DNA of 29,250 bases from positions 1 to 29,250 of the forward strand of contig JBBCAX010000137.1 in the NCBI GenBank assembly GCA_051382335.1, in the 5' to 3' direction. Source of the stretch: Deltaproteobacteria bacterium TL4. Its GTDB lineage: Bacteria; SAR324; NAC60-12. The position numbers and the translations under genes are program-made. Position 1 is the first letter of the stretch; the number at the start of each line of letters is the position of its first letter. Positions 28,249-29,250 of the stretch are shown in pieces. A model generated the notes under the pieces. That model worked only from the letters and a program-made list of their open reading frames with translations, did not search any database and was not told where the DNA came from.

Positions 28249-28785
28249 ATGAGTAGAAGGATCAGTTTAATAGGGTTCTGTGCAGCATTGGTGTTATGGA
28301 ATCCACTTCCCGTTTTAGCCGCGGGTTGCGATTATGACAGTTATAAAAACAGCATAATAAAATTATCTACAGAGTTTGACAGTGCACAACCCAATACCCA
28401 AAATATCAGAAACGGTGCTGATGAACTTCTTAAAATCGGCGAGTGTACTGCGAAGGCGTCTTCCCAAAAGAATCCGCAGTGTCAGAAATATCTGGAAATC
28501 TTTGTTGATGAAATGTCCAAAGTTAAAATGATAGACTTGAATAAGGGAAAAGCGGGATTGTTTAATATGGAGGCCTTTAAAAAGCAGGGAATTGATATTT
28601 ACTCGCAGAAATATTCAGTCTGTATGGAATATACCGATTTGATTTCTGCTCCTGCAAACATGATTTTCTTGTCGAGAAAATATGATAAAGACAAAAATCG
28701 TGAACATTTGGCTGAGCTAAAACAGGTGGGAATCCGCGTCCTTGCCATCTTGGCAGAGGCACAAGAAAAACCGAAGAGCTTATAG
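28249..28785 (+). CDS. Secreted hypothetical protein, probably helical, with 4 Cys in the mature part
   Basis: Strong GAGGAGG SD before ATG 28249; signal peptide MSRRISLIGFCAALVLWNPLPVLA-A. Confidence 0.8.
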   Translation: MSRRISLIGFCAALVLWNPLPVLAAGCDYDSYKNSIIKLSTEFDSAQPNTQNIRNGADELLKIGECTAKASSQKNPQCQKYLEIFVDEMSKVKMIDLNKGKAGLFNMEAFKKQGIDIYSQKYSVCMEYTDLISAPANMIFLSRKYDKDKNREHLAELKQVGIRVLAILAEAQEKPKSL

Positions 28786-28804
28786 TCTTTTGCCTCATTA
28801 GTGA

Positions 28805-28832
28805 GGTGATGAGCGTTTCGGCTCTCATCACC
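28805..28832. terminator. Stem-loop after the secreted-protein gene (possible terminator)
   Basis: GGTGATGAG (28805-28813) / CTCATCACC (28824-28832), 19 bp after the stop; no canonical U-tract on +. Confidence 0.5.
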
Positions 28833-29250
28833 ACTGTCGAAAAAAAATGTTAGTGTCCCCGATTGACTTCCAAATCATGAATAAATGTTTGCAAAACGTT
28901 TTTTGGAAAAAGAGAATTCTTAAAACGAACCTTAAATGTCAGTCACTAGTTCGTTCCCGAATTAAGTTTCTTTCAAACTCCCCCAAAGCACAATATGAGA
29001 TGTTGGATGATCATCAATTTCATCCTCCCAACCTCACGGATTGATTTGTTTTCTGAAATATAGATGTTCATTTAAATAGACATCTTTCCTAAATAAACGC
29101 TGGATTTTAGCGGGTTTGTAGAAAGGGTGCCGCTTAAGCGAAGCGAGCGCGCCACAAAGAGAAAACACGGTAGAAAGTCTCGCGACCAGGACAGACCCCT
29201 CAGAAGGTTTTGGGCGTAAAGTTGGCGGGAGTTTCAAGGGAAAAGACTTC

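Overview
Bacterial chromosomal window of moderate-low GC (roughly 40-45% by eye). No rRNA, tRNA, CRISPR array, transposase or integrase was recognised. The gene styles and a CIRCE-regulated groESL tentatively suggest a non-gammaproteobacterial, delta-like lineage (SAR324 is only a guess). Left to right: an extended SDR; a fadBA beta-oxidation operon (-); a stand-alone RibD reductase domain, ribBA and a second thiolase (+); mtaB (-); an accessory membrane module (PvdE/SyrD/YojI-type ABC exporter, 67-aa membrane protein and SPFH/prohibitin on +, facing an 8-Cys secreted protein and a DUF697-like protein on -); an orphan sigma-70/ECF-like factor; an orphan cheD; a 643-aa unknown paired with an SNF2 ATPase; a PiT transporter; a 742-aa membrane sensor; groES-groEL with a CIRCE; a TetR regulator; a secreted unknown. 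Best leads: (1) the 742-aa sensor has Cache-HAMP-PAS but no kinase, and ends in what looks like a ChiS-family DNA-binding domain, i.e. a membrane-tethered one-component regulator; (2) the peptide exporter/SPFH/DUF697/Cys-rich module has no biosynthetic genes nearby; (3) the SNF2 partner carries a possible XPB-N/Helicase_C_3-like domain. All family calls are from motif recognition and memory; no database search was run.
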